In this document: positions 29,756-40,068 of the stretch, piece by piece | Layout of the letters: every line of letters starts with the position of its first letter | Numbering within the stretch: the first letter of the stretch is position 1 | Virus record (IMG/VR): IMGVR_UViG_3300028840_002431 | Coordinates: 124,001 to 188,000 of that record | Reading direction: 5' to 3' (one strand) | Length of the DNA: 64,000 bases | Notes under the pieces: model-generated | Seen by the model: only the letters and a program-made list of their open reading frames with translations | Databases searched by the model: none | Told to the model about the DNA's origin: nothing | Made by a program: the position numbers and the translations under genes

Positions 29756-31032
29756 AAGGTTTCGGGCTGGCTCACGAGTCCCCTCCCTCGAAGTAGCGCC
29801 ATTCGTGACGTGAACGGGGGCGGGGGCCAGCCCGATGTGATCAGACCTCGATGCGAAACTTCGGCTCTTTGTCCCTGACCACCAACTCGTCGGGATCGTA
29901 CGCGGCGATGAAGCTCGCGCCCTCCTCTGCCCCGCTGCGAAAGTGGGCGACCTCGTAGCACAGGCCGTGCGAATCGTGATGACCGATCACGATCCCCGGA
30001 ATACCGAACGTTCGCTTTGCCTGTGCGTCGGCCGTCCAGTCGGTTGAGGGATTGTCGGACTTGACGGTAACGACCTCAGTTCCTGGCCGTAAAAGCGCTT
30101 TTTTGTATACCACGGCTCTCCTTTCAAGCTGGAATCAGAAGCTCCCGGTCGAGCATGAACCAGATCGATGACCAGATGGATCGGTCGTCCGGTGGCTCAA
30201 AGAACTTGCACTTGACGCGCCAGTTTCCAAGGGGCGAGAGGTAGCCGAACGGGTTGTCGTCTGTCAGTTCGATAAGCGTGAACTCGTCACCCGGATGGTA
30301 TTCCTTCCCGGCGTCCGTGACGACCCGCTTCGTCAGGACGAACACGTCTCCTGGTTTGGGGGTAATCATAGCTTGTTCCCGTCGGCGTCATACCGGGCGT
30401 CCCTTCCGTCCGGCACGTAGCGGTAGTAGTTGTTCTGCCACCAAAAGGCGGCTGCCGACCGCTTCTTGATCCGGATGAGCCTCGCCTTGCCGAAAGCCTT
30501 GGTGAGTTCGTCTCCGGTAGCCTGGGTGTCAGGCATACCCATCCGCTTGGCGATCGTCCCAAGCTTCATGGTCTTGAAGCCGCCCTTCGGCGTACGCGCT
30601 TTGGAGAGAATCAACTCGGCCTTCGTGATGAGTTCGTCCTCTCGTTGAGTCGTGTCGTCCCAGCGTGCCATCTCACTCCTGGCAGGGCGTTGTGTTCGTG
30701 ACCGGGAAACTGTCGCCCTGGATCTGCCCGCAGTCCAGGCAGTAATCAAACTCGACGAAGTCACCGCCGCCGATTCCGATTTCGCGGGGGACGTAGCCGT
30801 TGTAAGACGCGCCCAACAGTGTGGCGCTGAAAAGGTCAGAGCACTTGGCGCTGACGCTCATGATTCTCTCGCTACCGCATTTACACTTCATGTTACCTCG
30901 ATGCCGTCCTTTCGGTGTTGGGTGTTACGCCGGTCTCTCCCGGCTGTCACCCTTTGCGTTTACCGCCGCTTGAAGGGTGCGACGGCTTTCCCCGTGTCTG
31001 GATGGGGCCAGAACCCCGCACGGGGTATCACC

Positions 31033-31623
31033 TTATTTGCGGATCTTGACGGACGCCTTGTACTGGGCCGGGCGAACGTCATCGGGCAGATCAAACTGCT
31101 TTCGATCCATGTCGGCCTTGGCCACGATCGAGACCTTGATCTCGAAGATGCGACGGAACTCGTCCTGACCCAGCTTCTCCAACAGTAGCTGGATGGTCTC
31201 GTCCGACGTGTCCACGAGCGACAGGTCCCGCTTCTCTTCGAAGTACGTATCGAAGCGGTCTCCCAGCTTCTCCTGGAGTTCGTCCTTCTCCTCGATGGGA
31301 ATCGCGGAGAAAGCGTCCTTGTAGCTGACCTGGACGCCGGGGGTCGCCACGCCCTGGACGTTGAAGGTCTTGGAGAAGTCGCCGCTCTGGGCCATGGCCT
31401 CGTACTCTTCGGCCGTGATGTCCAGAATCTGGGCTTCGAGCGCCTTGTAAGACGCCGTGGCGTCCTTCATTTCCGTATTCGCCTTGTAGGCTCGGTCCGC
31501 AAGTTCCTCCTGGCCTTCGACCACGGGAATCGCGCCCTTCTTACCCTTTTTCGGGGCCGCCCCGGCGTTTCCGGCCAGAAAATCGCTGACGTTACCTACG
31601 TTCTTTGATGCCTTTTTTGCCAT
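31033..31623 (-). CDS. Phage hypothetical protein
   Basis: Strong codon bias; GAGAGGG RBS. Confidence 0.7.
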   Translation of the reverse strand: MAKKASKNVGNVSDFLAGNAGAAPKKGKKGAIPVVEGQEELADRAYKANTEMKDATASYKALEAQILDITAEEYEAMAQSGDFSKTFNVQGVATPGVQVSYKDAFSAIPIEEKDELQEKLGDRFDTYFEEKRDLSLVDTSDETIQLLLEKLGQDEFRRIFEIKVSIVAKADMDRKQFDLPDDVRPAQYKASVKIRK

Positions 31624-32473
31624 AATACCCTCTCTACCCCTGTGGTTTGTGGTGTGTAAGGTTTTAGTTGAGAAAAAATCTCCGTTTGGCCCACCTGATG
31701 CCATGTTCCTGTGCGCGTGTAAGGTTCGAGAACCATGCATAGCGCCTTGAACCGGGGTGTCGGCCGCCCTGGAACTCGACAGTGTAAGAATCGGGGCCTT
31801 CTTCCGTGATGGTGTAATAAGGCTGCCACGTCACGGGCTGGCCGCTCTGTTCGTCGATGGTGTTATGAACGGCCAGAAGACGGCCCTCCCAGCGCGGGCG
31901 ATCGAACGTGCCTTCTTCTTTGAACACCAACTCGGCTCTGTGCTTTCTCATTTGACTCTCCCGGCGCACTTGCCGACCGTCACGGGCGGCTTGTTGTAGA
32001 TGTAAGGTTTGTATGGGTGCTCGTGTTTGCTCTGTGCGGGGAACACGATGACGCATCCATCCTTGTCCTCGCAGACGCATTTGTTCGGGCCATGTGCCGT
32101 GTGCCGTCCCTTGACGGTCTTGCAACTCAGCTTGCAATGGCGCTTGCCTTTTTCGCTGGCCGCCCTGGCTGCGAGGACCTTCTCGCTTGCCCTGGCGCGT
32201 TTGTATTCCTTGTCAGCCGCGTCACAGGCACGCCAAGCAAAGGGAGCGCCGACACCCAAAGCGGTGATGACGATAGCCAGTGCGATGCGTTTGTGTTGTT
32301 CGGTCATTACCCGGCTCCCATGAGGTACCCAACCGTGGCAGAAATCGCCATGAGCGCGATGATATGCCGCCACCTGACGGTTTCGAGCAAACCGTCCCGC
32401 ACTTCTTCGAATCCCCACCAGAAGGACCAGAGCGGCAGAACGATGTAGTGCCACCACCTAAGTCGAGGTTGGT

Positions 32474-33064
32474 TCATTGTAGTAGACTCAACTGGTCGCC
32501 TTCGACTGACGACCGGCGACGGTTGCGGGTGGCCTTGAACTGCTCGATGTGCTTACAGGTACGATCCTTGGGATGCTTGCGCTGGTATTTCCACGCTTTG
32601 CATGTGCAGTAGAGCGACCCGTCATCCTGGGCCTCGTAGATCCCGTAGACCTCGTCCGAAGAGTAAGATTGGAACTCGGCAACCGGCCGTCGCTGGGTCG
32701 CGGTTGACGGGCGCTTCCGGATACTCGTGGTCGCCTCACCGTGTAGGTCCGACCGCGATTGTGACTTGCGCCGACGGATGCCACGGACCTTTTCGAGACG
32801 CGCCCTGGCACGCTTGCCCATGGTTTCGAGAAGCTGTAGCTCGGCCTTGAGGTGATAGGCACGCTTGCCGGAAGCCGTCTCCAGCGCTGTCTTTCGGGCC
32901 TTGTACTCCTTGCGAGCCTTTACAAGCCATGCCTCAATCTCGTCGGGGGTGTAAGGCTCTATCCCGGCACCCCAACACCTAAAACAAATACCGCCCATGA
33001 CATGGCGGTACTGGGTCAATTCGCCGGTTCCCTCACAGCGTCGGCATGTTTGTCCTTGTCCCAT
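32474..33064 (-). CDS. SWIM zinc-finger protein with N-terminal CxxCxGxG finger
   Basis: CRRCEGTG...CFRCWGAG; YCTCKAW...CKHI; ends QLSLLQ. Confidence 0.7.
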   Translation of the reverse strand: MGQGQTCRRCEGTGELTQYRHVMGGICFRCWGAGIEPYTPDEIEAWLVKARKEYKARKTALETASGKRAYHLKAELQLLETMGKRARARLEKVRGIRRRKSQSRSDLHGEATTSIRKRPSTATQRRPVAEFQSYSSDEVYGIYEAQDDGSLYCTCKAWKYQRKHPKDRTCKHIEQFKATRNRRRSSVEGDQLSLLQ

Positions 33065-33990
33065 ATTACTACTACACCGGGGAAGGCCCAATTCAAAGAT
33101 TATTTGTCCTAAAATTGGGCAAATTTGGAGATTTTTGCGCCTAAAGCTCCAAAATTCGCAGTAATTCGGGCAAACAGATGAGAATTCGGCCGGATTTGTC
33201 CATTTGGACCTCGACTCGGCCGTCCTCGTAGGTCGATGCGACCACTCCGTAGCGGTCGCCTTGCATCCAGGCGTCGGTTCCGGGGTGTAGCTCGACACGG
33301 TCCCCGCCACGGAACGTGGTGTCAGGATCGAACGCGGGGATGGTCAGTTCTTCTTTTGGTTGCACTCGGCCTCCTGTTAGAATGTGTCCCTGGCTGCCAC
33401 GTCGGCCGGACAGGTGCATAGCTGTTCGAGAAACACCCAACGGCCGTGCTCCCAGACGTACCCGGCCGTGGAGCCGCCCGGCCACTTGAGTAAAACAGCG
33501 TCGGGGTTGTCGGAATGGGGGACGATTATGGCGTCGCCCTCAGGCTCCGACGTGGCGATCTTCCACAGTTGTGCCCACCTATCTTCCATCGTCTACCCTC
33601 GTGAGCTTCGCCTTGTAGTAGAGCGTGCCGCGCTTGAGGGGGCTGTCCCACTCGGCCGCGAAGCCCTGTTCCTTGATGATTTCGTTGGCACGCTCCATGA
33701 CGGCCTTCTTGCCCCCGGACTTCACACTCACATCGTGGGTGTGATAATCGTCGATGGAGATACTGATCAGGAGAGCGCCCTGGTTGTCCAGGACGTTGAG
33801 TAACGCCGACATCTCGTTCGACACCCTCTCGACTCCGCTTTTCATCTGGTCTCCGTTTCCTTTCCCCGTCGGTAGCCGCCCGGCTCGCCTTCACACTGGA
33901 CTGACAGATAGGCCAGTGACCCGGCCGTGGTGATGACCAGCAACTGGGTCGCCAAAACCGTCCACCACCGTTTGTGCTCTTCCCAGTTCA

Positions 33991-34257
33991 TCAGCCGGTG
34001 GCTCCGCGCTTCGACTGGTACGCCTCGCACATGTTCTTGGCTTCGTCGAGGAGACAGCCGGTGCGTTTCCAGTAGGACCGGACGGCTGCCAGGAAATCGC
34101 TGGCCACGAGTTGCTTTTCCTCGTCGGTCAGATCGGGTTCGTCGTACTGATTGACGCTGGTGACGATGTCGCCATGCTGGTCACAGCGGACCTGGAGCGA
34201 CTGCCCGCTGGGCGACGTGATGGTGAACTGCTCGTTGTGGGCCAACTTGATCTTCAT
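33991..34257 (-). CDS. Protein with ribosomal L7/L12 C-terminal-like motif
   Basis: LAAVRSYWKRTGCLLDEAKNMCE. Confidence 0.55.
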   Translation of the reverse strand: MKIKLAHNEQFTITSPSGQSLQVRCDQHGDIVTSVNQYDEPDLTDEEKQLVASDFLAAVRSYWKRTGCLLDEAKNMCEAYQSKRGATG

Positions 34258-34298
34258 TTCGTACCCTCCGTTGAAGGTTTCCTCGTTTACTGAAATCC

Positions 34299-34583
34299 TT
34301 AGCCCTGGACACCCCGGAGAGCCGACCGGTAAGCCTCGCACACGTCCTTGGACTGAACCAGGGACTGGCCGCTGCGGTTCCGGTAGCTCTTGATGGCGGA
34401 GATCATCTCGTTCCGCTCGACCATGCCCTTCTCCGCGTCGGTGAGGTTCGGGGTTGTATTGAAGGCGTGAAGGTCGCCCTCACCGTCACAGTAGAGGCGG
34501 TAGGACTCGCCGTTGGGACCGGTGACGGTCAGTTTTTCGTTGGCCGAGAGATCGACCTTTGAGACGGTAGCGTGGATCTTCAT
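34299..34583 (-). CDS. Protein with L7/L12 C-terminal-like motif (tandem paralog)
   Basis: ISAIKSYRNRSGQSLVQSKDVCE. Confidence 0.6.
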   Translation of the reverse strand: MKIHATVSKVDLSANEKLTVTGPNGESYRLYCDGEGDLHAFNTTPNLTDAEKGMVERNEMISAIKSYRNRSGQSLVQSKDVCEAYRSALRGVQG

Positions 34584-35472
34584 ACGGCTGCCTCCGCGAG
34601 TCGAAGGGTCTCCTTGTAGGCCGCGTGCTGATAGCGGTCCAGAATGGCGTCCGCAAAGTACACGGTCCTGGGAAGGCCCTGAACTGAAACAAGGCGATCG
34701 AAAACCTCACCGTTGAAGTTGATACCGAAGCCGGTCGCCTTCTTGGTGAGTCTCTGTTTTTCGCCGTTGTGCGTCATAATAGGTGTACCCGCCATGGCGG
34801 GCGAATCTAAAGATTGTTTTCTAGTGAACCCAGCCGGTCGTAGCTTCCCATCCGTTGCCATTCCAGAGGCATGGCGAGTGGCCATCCTTGGGGACCCGGC
34901 GACGGCGCTCGAACTGAGGCTTGCCGTTGTTCGCCCGGCCGTAGAAGGTGAAGGTGCGATTCTCGAAAAGCAGCGTCCAGAAATGGTAGTTGTTGAGCAT
35001 CGTCACGCCGTCTCCCGGTGTAGATTGGTCCACTTTTTTGACGCCATGGTTCTATTCGGCCTACACTTGGGCACATACCAATTCAAAGATTATTTTCTGG
35101 AGCATATCCCACATGGCACGACACCGAATCGCAACCAAGCTCGCTCTGTTAGCAGAGCGGATCAGGCACACCCCGGAGCTACAAGAGGACATCGAGCGGA
35201 TACTCGACGGCTCCGTCATCCCCGCCCTGGAGCACCTACTAAACGATCGCATCGACTACTTCGGGGTCATGGCCTTGGGCGAAGACGTGACCATCCAGGA
35301 CTGGTCCGCCACTCGGAACGCTCCCTTCTATGAGGTCGGTGGACGCCTACGCCGTTGGGGTGATCGCATGGGTCAACTCGGTGAGCGTCAAGACCATGGC
35401 GACATCGACTGCGACTCATGCCCTGACTGTGATGACGCGAACGTCAAGTCGAGACCACCCTGGCTCAACTGA

Positions 35473-35844
35473 TCGCGGAAACACTACTATATAAGGCTCT
35501 CCGCGCCTTATCGTATCTAAGAGCCTACGTTTTCGGAAATTATTTTTTCGTGAGTTGATAAAATCAACTGGCGGATAGATAGGATAAATTTATATTATCT
35601 ATCCGTTCGAGCGAAAGCCGCAAAGGCATGGCAAATATACAATATAAATACACCTCCGTGTCCCCACAAAAATGCCGTTATATGTGTAATCCAAGTCCGT
35701 GGAATCATGGCGGATTTCTCTCAAAAACCGTGCCATTCCTGTCCGTCCGATTTCCCAGATATTTCCAATTGAACGCTTGATTTCTGACGAGAACTCCTAC
35801 ACCGGTTTTTCTTACAGTTTCCTGGTTTGAGGAGTAGACTAGAT
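35473..35844. promoter_or_regulatory. AT-rich non-coding region with palindrome
   Basis: AGTTGATAAAATCAACT at 35553-35569; lies near the switch between divergent gene blocks. Confidence 0.5.
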
Positions 35845-37059
35845 ATGGGCAAGGCGAAACTCACGAAGGTTCAGCAAGAGCTTCTTGAGAGACTCAAGGC
35901 GTTCGGCCGTCCTTACACCCGGACTGTAACAAGGGAGAAAGACCGCAAGCCTACCCGGAAGAACCCCGCTGAGAGACGGCTGGCCGGTTACTGGAAAGAG
36001 GAGGAAATCTGGCGCAACGGGCTAGAGCGGTACAGAGAAGAGCACAGCCACCCCAGCGTCCACGAACAGGTTTTGAGGGCGCTCGTGGAGAAGGGGTACC
36101 TGGAGTACGAGCACACGGGCGGCGGCACCTGGATTCTGTCGGTTGGCGAGTCATTCATCCAGACCTGGAAGGTAAAGGAGTCGATATGAAGAACACCCGA
36201 ATGATGCTGGGTTCCAAAAAGGATTCAGCCGAACGAAGACTCCGGAGTAACATCGAGGAGTGGCAGGTTCGACTTCCCAGGCTTCTGAAAGCTCTGAACA
36301 ACGGTTCAGAGGCCGACGTGTCGTTCCTACAGCACGCAGCCTCCATGGCCGAAGACGCTGCGACCTACAACGCCATCCGTGATGCCATGGCCATGATGGA
36401 CGCCGAAACCCGGCTCGAAGAGAAGGCCGACCGATGAGACAACCGCCATACAAACGTCAGCCGAAGATTCGCTGGCGCAAGAAAAAGCTGAAAGTTGGGG
36501 AGCGGGTCTGCGGCTGTACCCGGCCGGATGCGTGGGGCGTTGTCACTGCCATCAACCAAGAACTCCCGGACCCGGCCTTCTGTACGGTCGTGTGGGATGC
36601 CGACCCCAAACAGAAGCCGCGAGAGGAGCATTGTCAGAGCCTCAGAACCCACGGCGAGCCGTTCAACGAGTTCCAAGAAGCGACGTTCGGCAAGGGCGGT
36701 AAATACCTGGACCCGAAAGCGGTGTAGCCTAACCCATGTCCAAACTTTCCTTCGAAGTGACCGAGCAAGGGCGTCAACTCGTCCTCAAGCAAGACATCGA
36801 GCCATTCATGGAGTGGGTTCGTACCAACCTCCCGTACCTGGACCACGAAGAAGTCGAGAAATCCTTTCGGATGGTCTTCACCGTCGGGGACGTGGGCCGT
36901 GCCCTCAAGCTCTACAAGGCCATGGTCGATGGCTATGACCCGGCCGCTCCGGTCAAGGCGTTAGCCGGGTGTACATTTACGTTACTATGGAAGACGGCCA
37001 TCCTTGTCGGGGCCATAGGCGGATGCGTCTATCTCTACCACGTCCTGACCGGGCAATGA
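35845..37059 (+). other. Four hypothetical ORFs (35845-36189, 36186-36437, 36434-36727, 36736-37059)
   Basis: ATGA overlaps; 36736-37059 has a C-terminal TM segment. Confidence 0.6.
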
Positions 37060-37062
37060 CGC

Positions 37063-37287
37063 ATGGCGCTGGACCAACGGATACCTGCCCCTGGCTACAT
37101 CGTTTGCGTCAAATGCGACCACCTCTGGGTCACGTACTATACGAGTCCGACTCTCCTTTGCGAGCGTTGCAAGACCAATCCCCTGTGTTGGGCCTGTCCC
37201 TCTGATACCCTCATATGCCCTGGCTCGTGTGAGCATCAACGGGAGCCGGGGACCTCTCCTCTAACCCTCTGGGACCACGTGAGGTAG
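37063..37287 (+). CDS. NPLCWxCP zinc-finger family, LWDH-tagged
   Basis: CxxC..W..CxRCxxNPLCWACP..ICPGxCxH..TLWDHV. Confidence 0.7.
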   Translation: MALDQRIPAPGYIVCVKCDHLWVTYYTSPTLLCERCKTNPLCWACPSDTLICPGSCEHQREPGTSPLTLWDHVR

Positions 37288-37639
37288 CCATTTGGACCAT
37301 CTAGAAGCCATCCTCCGTAGGCTCCACTCCCTGGAACGTGCCAACAAGCGTCTGACACGGCGCGTCTCGACGCTGGAGAATCAAGTAGCCGTGGCCCCTC
37401 CCTGTCCAGGCCCTACCGCTTTTGACTCCTCCATCGAGGTTGTCTGCCCTACCTGCAAGGCCAAGCCCTTCGAGCCATGTGTCACTGCCTCTGGTTCCAA
37501 GCCGGGCACTGTCCTTCATTACATTCATTCTCCCCGTGGCGATTTGTTCCGGCGTGCCAAGCGGGCTAAACGTAAGAAGTGATACTAAATCCGGCGCGTG
37601 CTCGACGCTTCCCGGCCGTTCGGTGTAACATTTGATAAT

Positions 37640-37882
37640 ATGCTCCCTCCCGTTTGTTTCGAATGCGGTCGTGTCCATGTCGCTGTGAGAAAAGCTCCCC
37701 GTGACAGCATGGGTCTTTGCCAGCGTTGTCTTGGTAATCCTCATTGCTGGGACTGCCCTGACGATGCTCTGGCCACGGGTATTATTTGCCCCGGTCCCGG
37801 CCCTGGTGTGTGCGACCACGTACGGAGTAGCTTCACTCTATGGCGGGCCTTAAAATCAACTTCCGACGCGGGGCGGCCATGA
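37640..37882 (+). CDS. NPLCWxCP zinc-finger family
   Basis: CQRCLGNPHCWDCP; TLWRAL; SDAGRP end. Confidence 0.7.
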   Translation: MLPPVCFECGRVHVAVRKAPRDSMGLCQRCLGNPHCWDCPDDALATGIICPGPGPGVCDHVRSSFTLWRALKSTSDAGRP

Positions 37883-38258
37883 GTAACCGTTCTCCCATCC
37901 CCTATTGCCTTCACTGCAAGGAATGGCTCCGTCCGGAACAACTCGTGGAGCATTACCCAGACACTCCGGGGACCGAATATCTTTGCGCCCTTTGTTTCAA
38001 GCGGCTCCCTTTGGCCAGTAAGCGTCCCAGTGTCCTGGGGCACGTCAGGTGCCCTCGATGTGGGTCCATGGCGTCCGAACAGTGGAGGAATGCTACCGTC
38101 GATATCGGCGGTAGCAATACCCTGACCTTTTTCGAGTGCGGCACGAGGGTTCTCGACTTCCCTCTGGGCCTGAACCATCCACATGCGGTTCATCATGGCA
38201 GCGGTTGTATCAGCACCACTCTCTGGGACCATATTACTAACTCCGACGGGGGTCCCTG

Positions 38259-38516
38259 ATGTCTCTTTGCGCACAATGCGGCCAAGTCTGGACCACCCCC
38301 GCTCATTGGAGAGGTCTCCATGTCTGGGCAGACGCTCCGGTGAAAGGCGAGCGTCGATGCTGGCGATGTCAGGGCGACCCCTTGTGTCTGGACTGCCCCG
38401 CCGCAATCCTGATATCCACAATCTCCCACACCTGTCCGTCCGAACCTGAGGAGTGTTTCCACCGGGCCAAGCCATTGACATTATGGGGTGCCATTTCCGA
38501 CGCGGGGCGGCTATGA
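38259..38516 (+). CDS. NPLCWxCP zinc-finger family
   Basis: CWRCQGDPLCLDCP; TLWGAI. Confidence 0.7.
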   Translation: MSLCAQCGQVWTTPAHWRGLHVWADAPVKGERRCWRCQGDPLCLDCPAAILISTISHTCPSEPEECFHRAKPLTLWGAISDAGRL

Positions 38517-38688
38517 AACTATACGTACGTGAAGGTTGGTTGACTGGCTTCGTAACCGGGGCCTTCATAGTTGCTGCCACCACACTCATGAGTGAAAAGC
38601 ATTGGGTCCCGGCGACCGTCTTCATGGTCCTCTCCCTTGGGATAATGGCCCTCGAACTCTATGTAGCTAACTCCGACGCGGGGCGGCC

Positions 38689-39108
38689 ATGAAGTCTCCT
38701 CACTCATATTGGTCATGCCTCAGTGAGGACGAGAAGAAGTTCATCCTCTCTTTGGCCGCTAATCTCTCCAAGACGCTTGGCATCGAGCACCCTCCCGGAG
38801 TTAATATTATCAAGTACGCCATGACCTCACTTATCCAGGACGTTCACTCCCACCGGGACATCAAGACTCAAAAGCCTCCCGCTCCGGATGGTGTTCTCGC
38901 CTGTCTCAAGTGCTCCCAGGTTTGGGTCCCGGCCGGGACTCTCTACTGCCAGCGGTGTGAGGGTAATCCCCTGTGTTGGGACTGCCCTGCCCAAAACCCT
39001 GACTGGCGGACCGGGCATTCCCTCGTGTGCCGTGGCTCATGCGACGACCAGAAGAAAACTATTTGGGAGCACTTGATAAAATCAACTACCGACTTGGAAT
39101 CGGTTTAA
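38689..39108 (+). CDS. NPLCWxCP zinc-finger family with extra N-terminal domain
   Basis: CQRCEGNPLCWDCP; TIWEHL. Confidence 0.7.
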   Translation: MKSPHSYWSCLSEDEKKFILSLAANLSKTLGIEHPPGVNIIKYAMTSLIQDVHSHRDIKTQKPPAPDGVLACLKCSQVWVPAGTLYCQRCEGNPLCWDCPAQNPDWRTGHSLVCRGSCDDQKKTIWEHLIKSTTDLESV

Positions 39109-39574
39109 CCCAGAGAGTGATTAATGGCTTGTTCCCTCTGTAACGGCACCAAGCGTATCAAGATGCAGTTCTCCTTACCTACCGAGAGTGAGGCGGCCCG
39201 GCTTGCCGAACTCGACCCCGACACTCCCATATACCGTGACCCCGTGGCCATGGGCCTTACCCTTCCCAAGCCGTTACGCGAGGACTTGGAGCAAGGTTGG
39301 GACAGGGAGTGCCCCCGTTGCTCTTCCGACGCGGGGCGGCCATGACCATCTATTGCTACAACCGGTTCAAGGAGGATGGCGTTGGTCCTAATATTTACCA
39401 CGCTCTGAAAGCGACCTTCATGAGCACGGGCGACAGTAATCGAACCCACTGTGGCGTGGATCTCCCGTCTTCCGTTATCCGTGTTACCGAGTGGCCGCCC
39501 AAGGGGATGCGTAAGTGCAAGCGATGTTTCCGTGACCTTTGGGACCATATTATCAACTCCGAAGCGGGGCGATC

Positions 39575-39841
39575 ATGACCGGTATCGTTTGGCAAGACAT
39601 GGTAGTCGCGGGCGCTAACCTGCTATTCGCCTACTCCATTCTCACTCAAGTCGTCCATGGCTTCCGGGAGAAGAAGGGCTTCATCCTCCTACGTACCTCA
39701 GGGCCGACCACTCTGGGTTTGTACGCCATGGCTGTCGCTTTCTTCACCATCCCCCTCTTCTACTCCGCCTCAGTGGCCGCGTTCAATGCGACCCTCTGGC
39801 TTCTCCTCTTCATCCAACGGCTCATTTACGAGAAGGCGTAG
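39575..39841 (+). CDS. Three-TM membrane protein (PQ-loop/SemiSWEET-like)
   Basis: Three hydrophobic helices; 'SILTQV' at the PQ position. Confidence 0.5.
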   Translation: MTGIVWQDMVVAGANLLFAYSILTQVVHGFREKKGFILLRTSGPTTLGLYAMAVAFFTIPLFYSASVAAFNATLWLLLFIQRLIYEKA

Positions 39842-39849
39842 TTGATAAA

Positions 39850-40068
39850 ATGCCTCTGTGTTCTCGTTGCGAACGTATCTGGGTCCCCAAGAGGGCCGTG
39901 ACCGAACACGGCGATTACGTTTGCCTCCGTTGCAAGAGCGACCCCTGGTGTTGGGACTGCCCTGCCAAGTCGGTCCCGCCTTTCCAAACCGGGCACATCT
40001 GTAAGGACGGCTGTGTTCACCGCCGCCCGCCCCTGACCCTCTGGGCCGCCCTTTCGGGGGGCGACTGA
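39850..40068 (+). CDS. NPLCWxCP zinc-finger family
   Basis: CLRCKSDPWCWDCP; TLWAAL. Confidence 0.7.
   Translation: MPLCSRCERIWVPKRAVTEHGDYVCLRCKSDPWCWDCPAKSVPPFQTGHICKDGCVHRRPPLTLWAALSGGD

Larger units (their letters stand above)
29841..35048 (-). other. Minus-strand block of small hypothetical (probably early) genes
   Basis: Contiguous minus-strand ORFs with overlaps; none carries the LWDH tag. Confidence 0.65.
37862..39578 (+). repeat. Gene-junction direct repeat TCCGACGCGGGGCGGCCATGA
   Basis: Exact at 37862, 38672 and 39325; near-exact at 38496 and 39558; degenerate at 38242. Confidence 0.85.
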
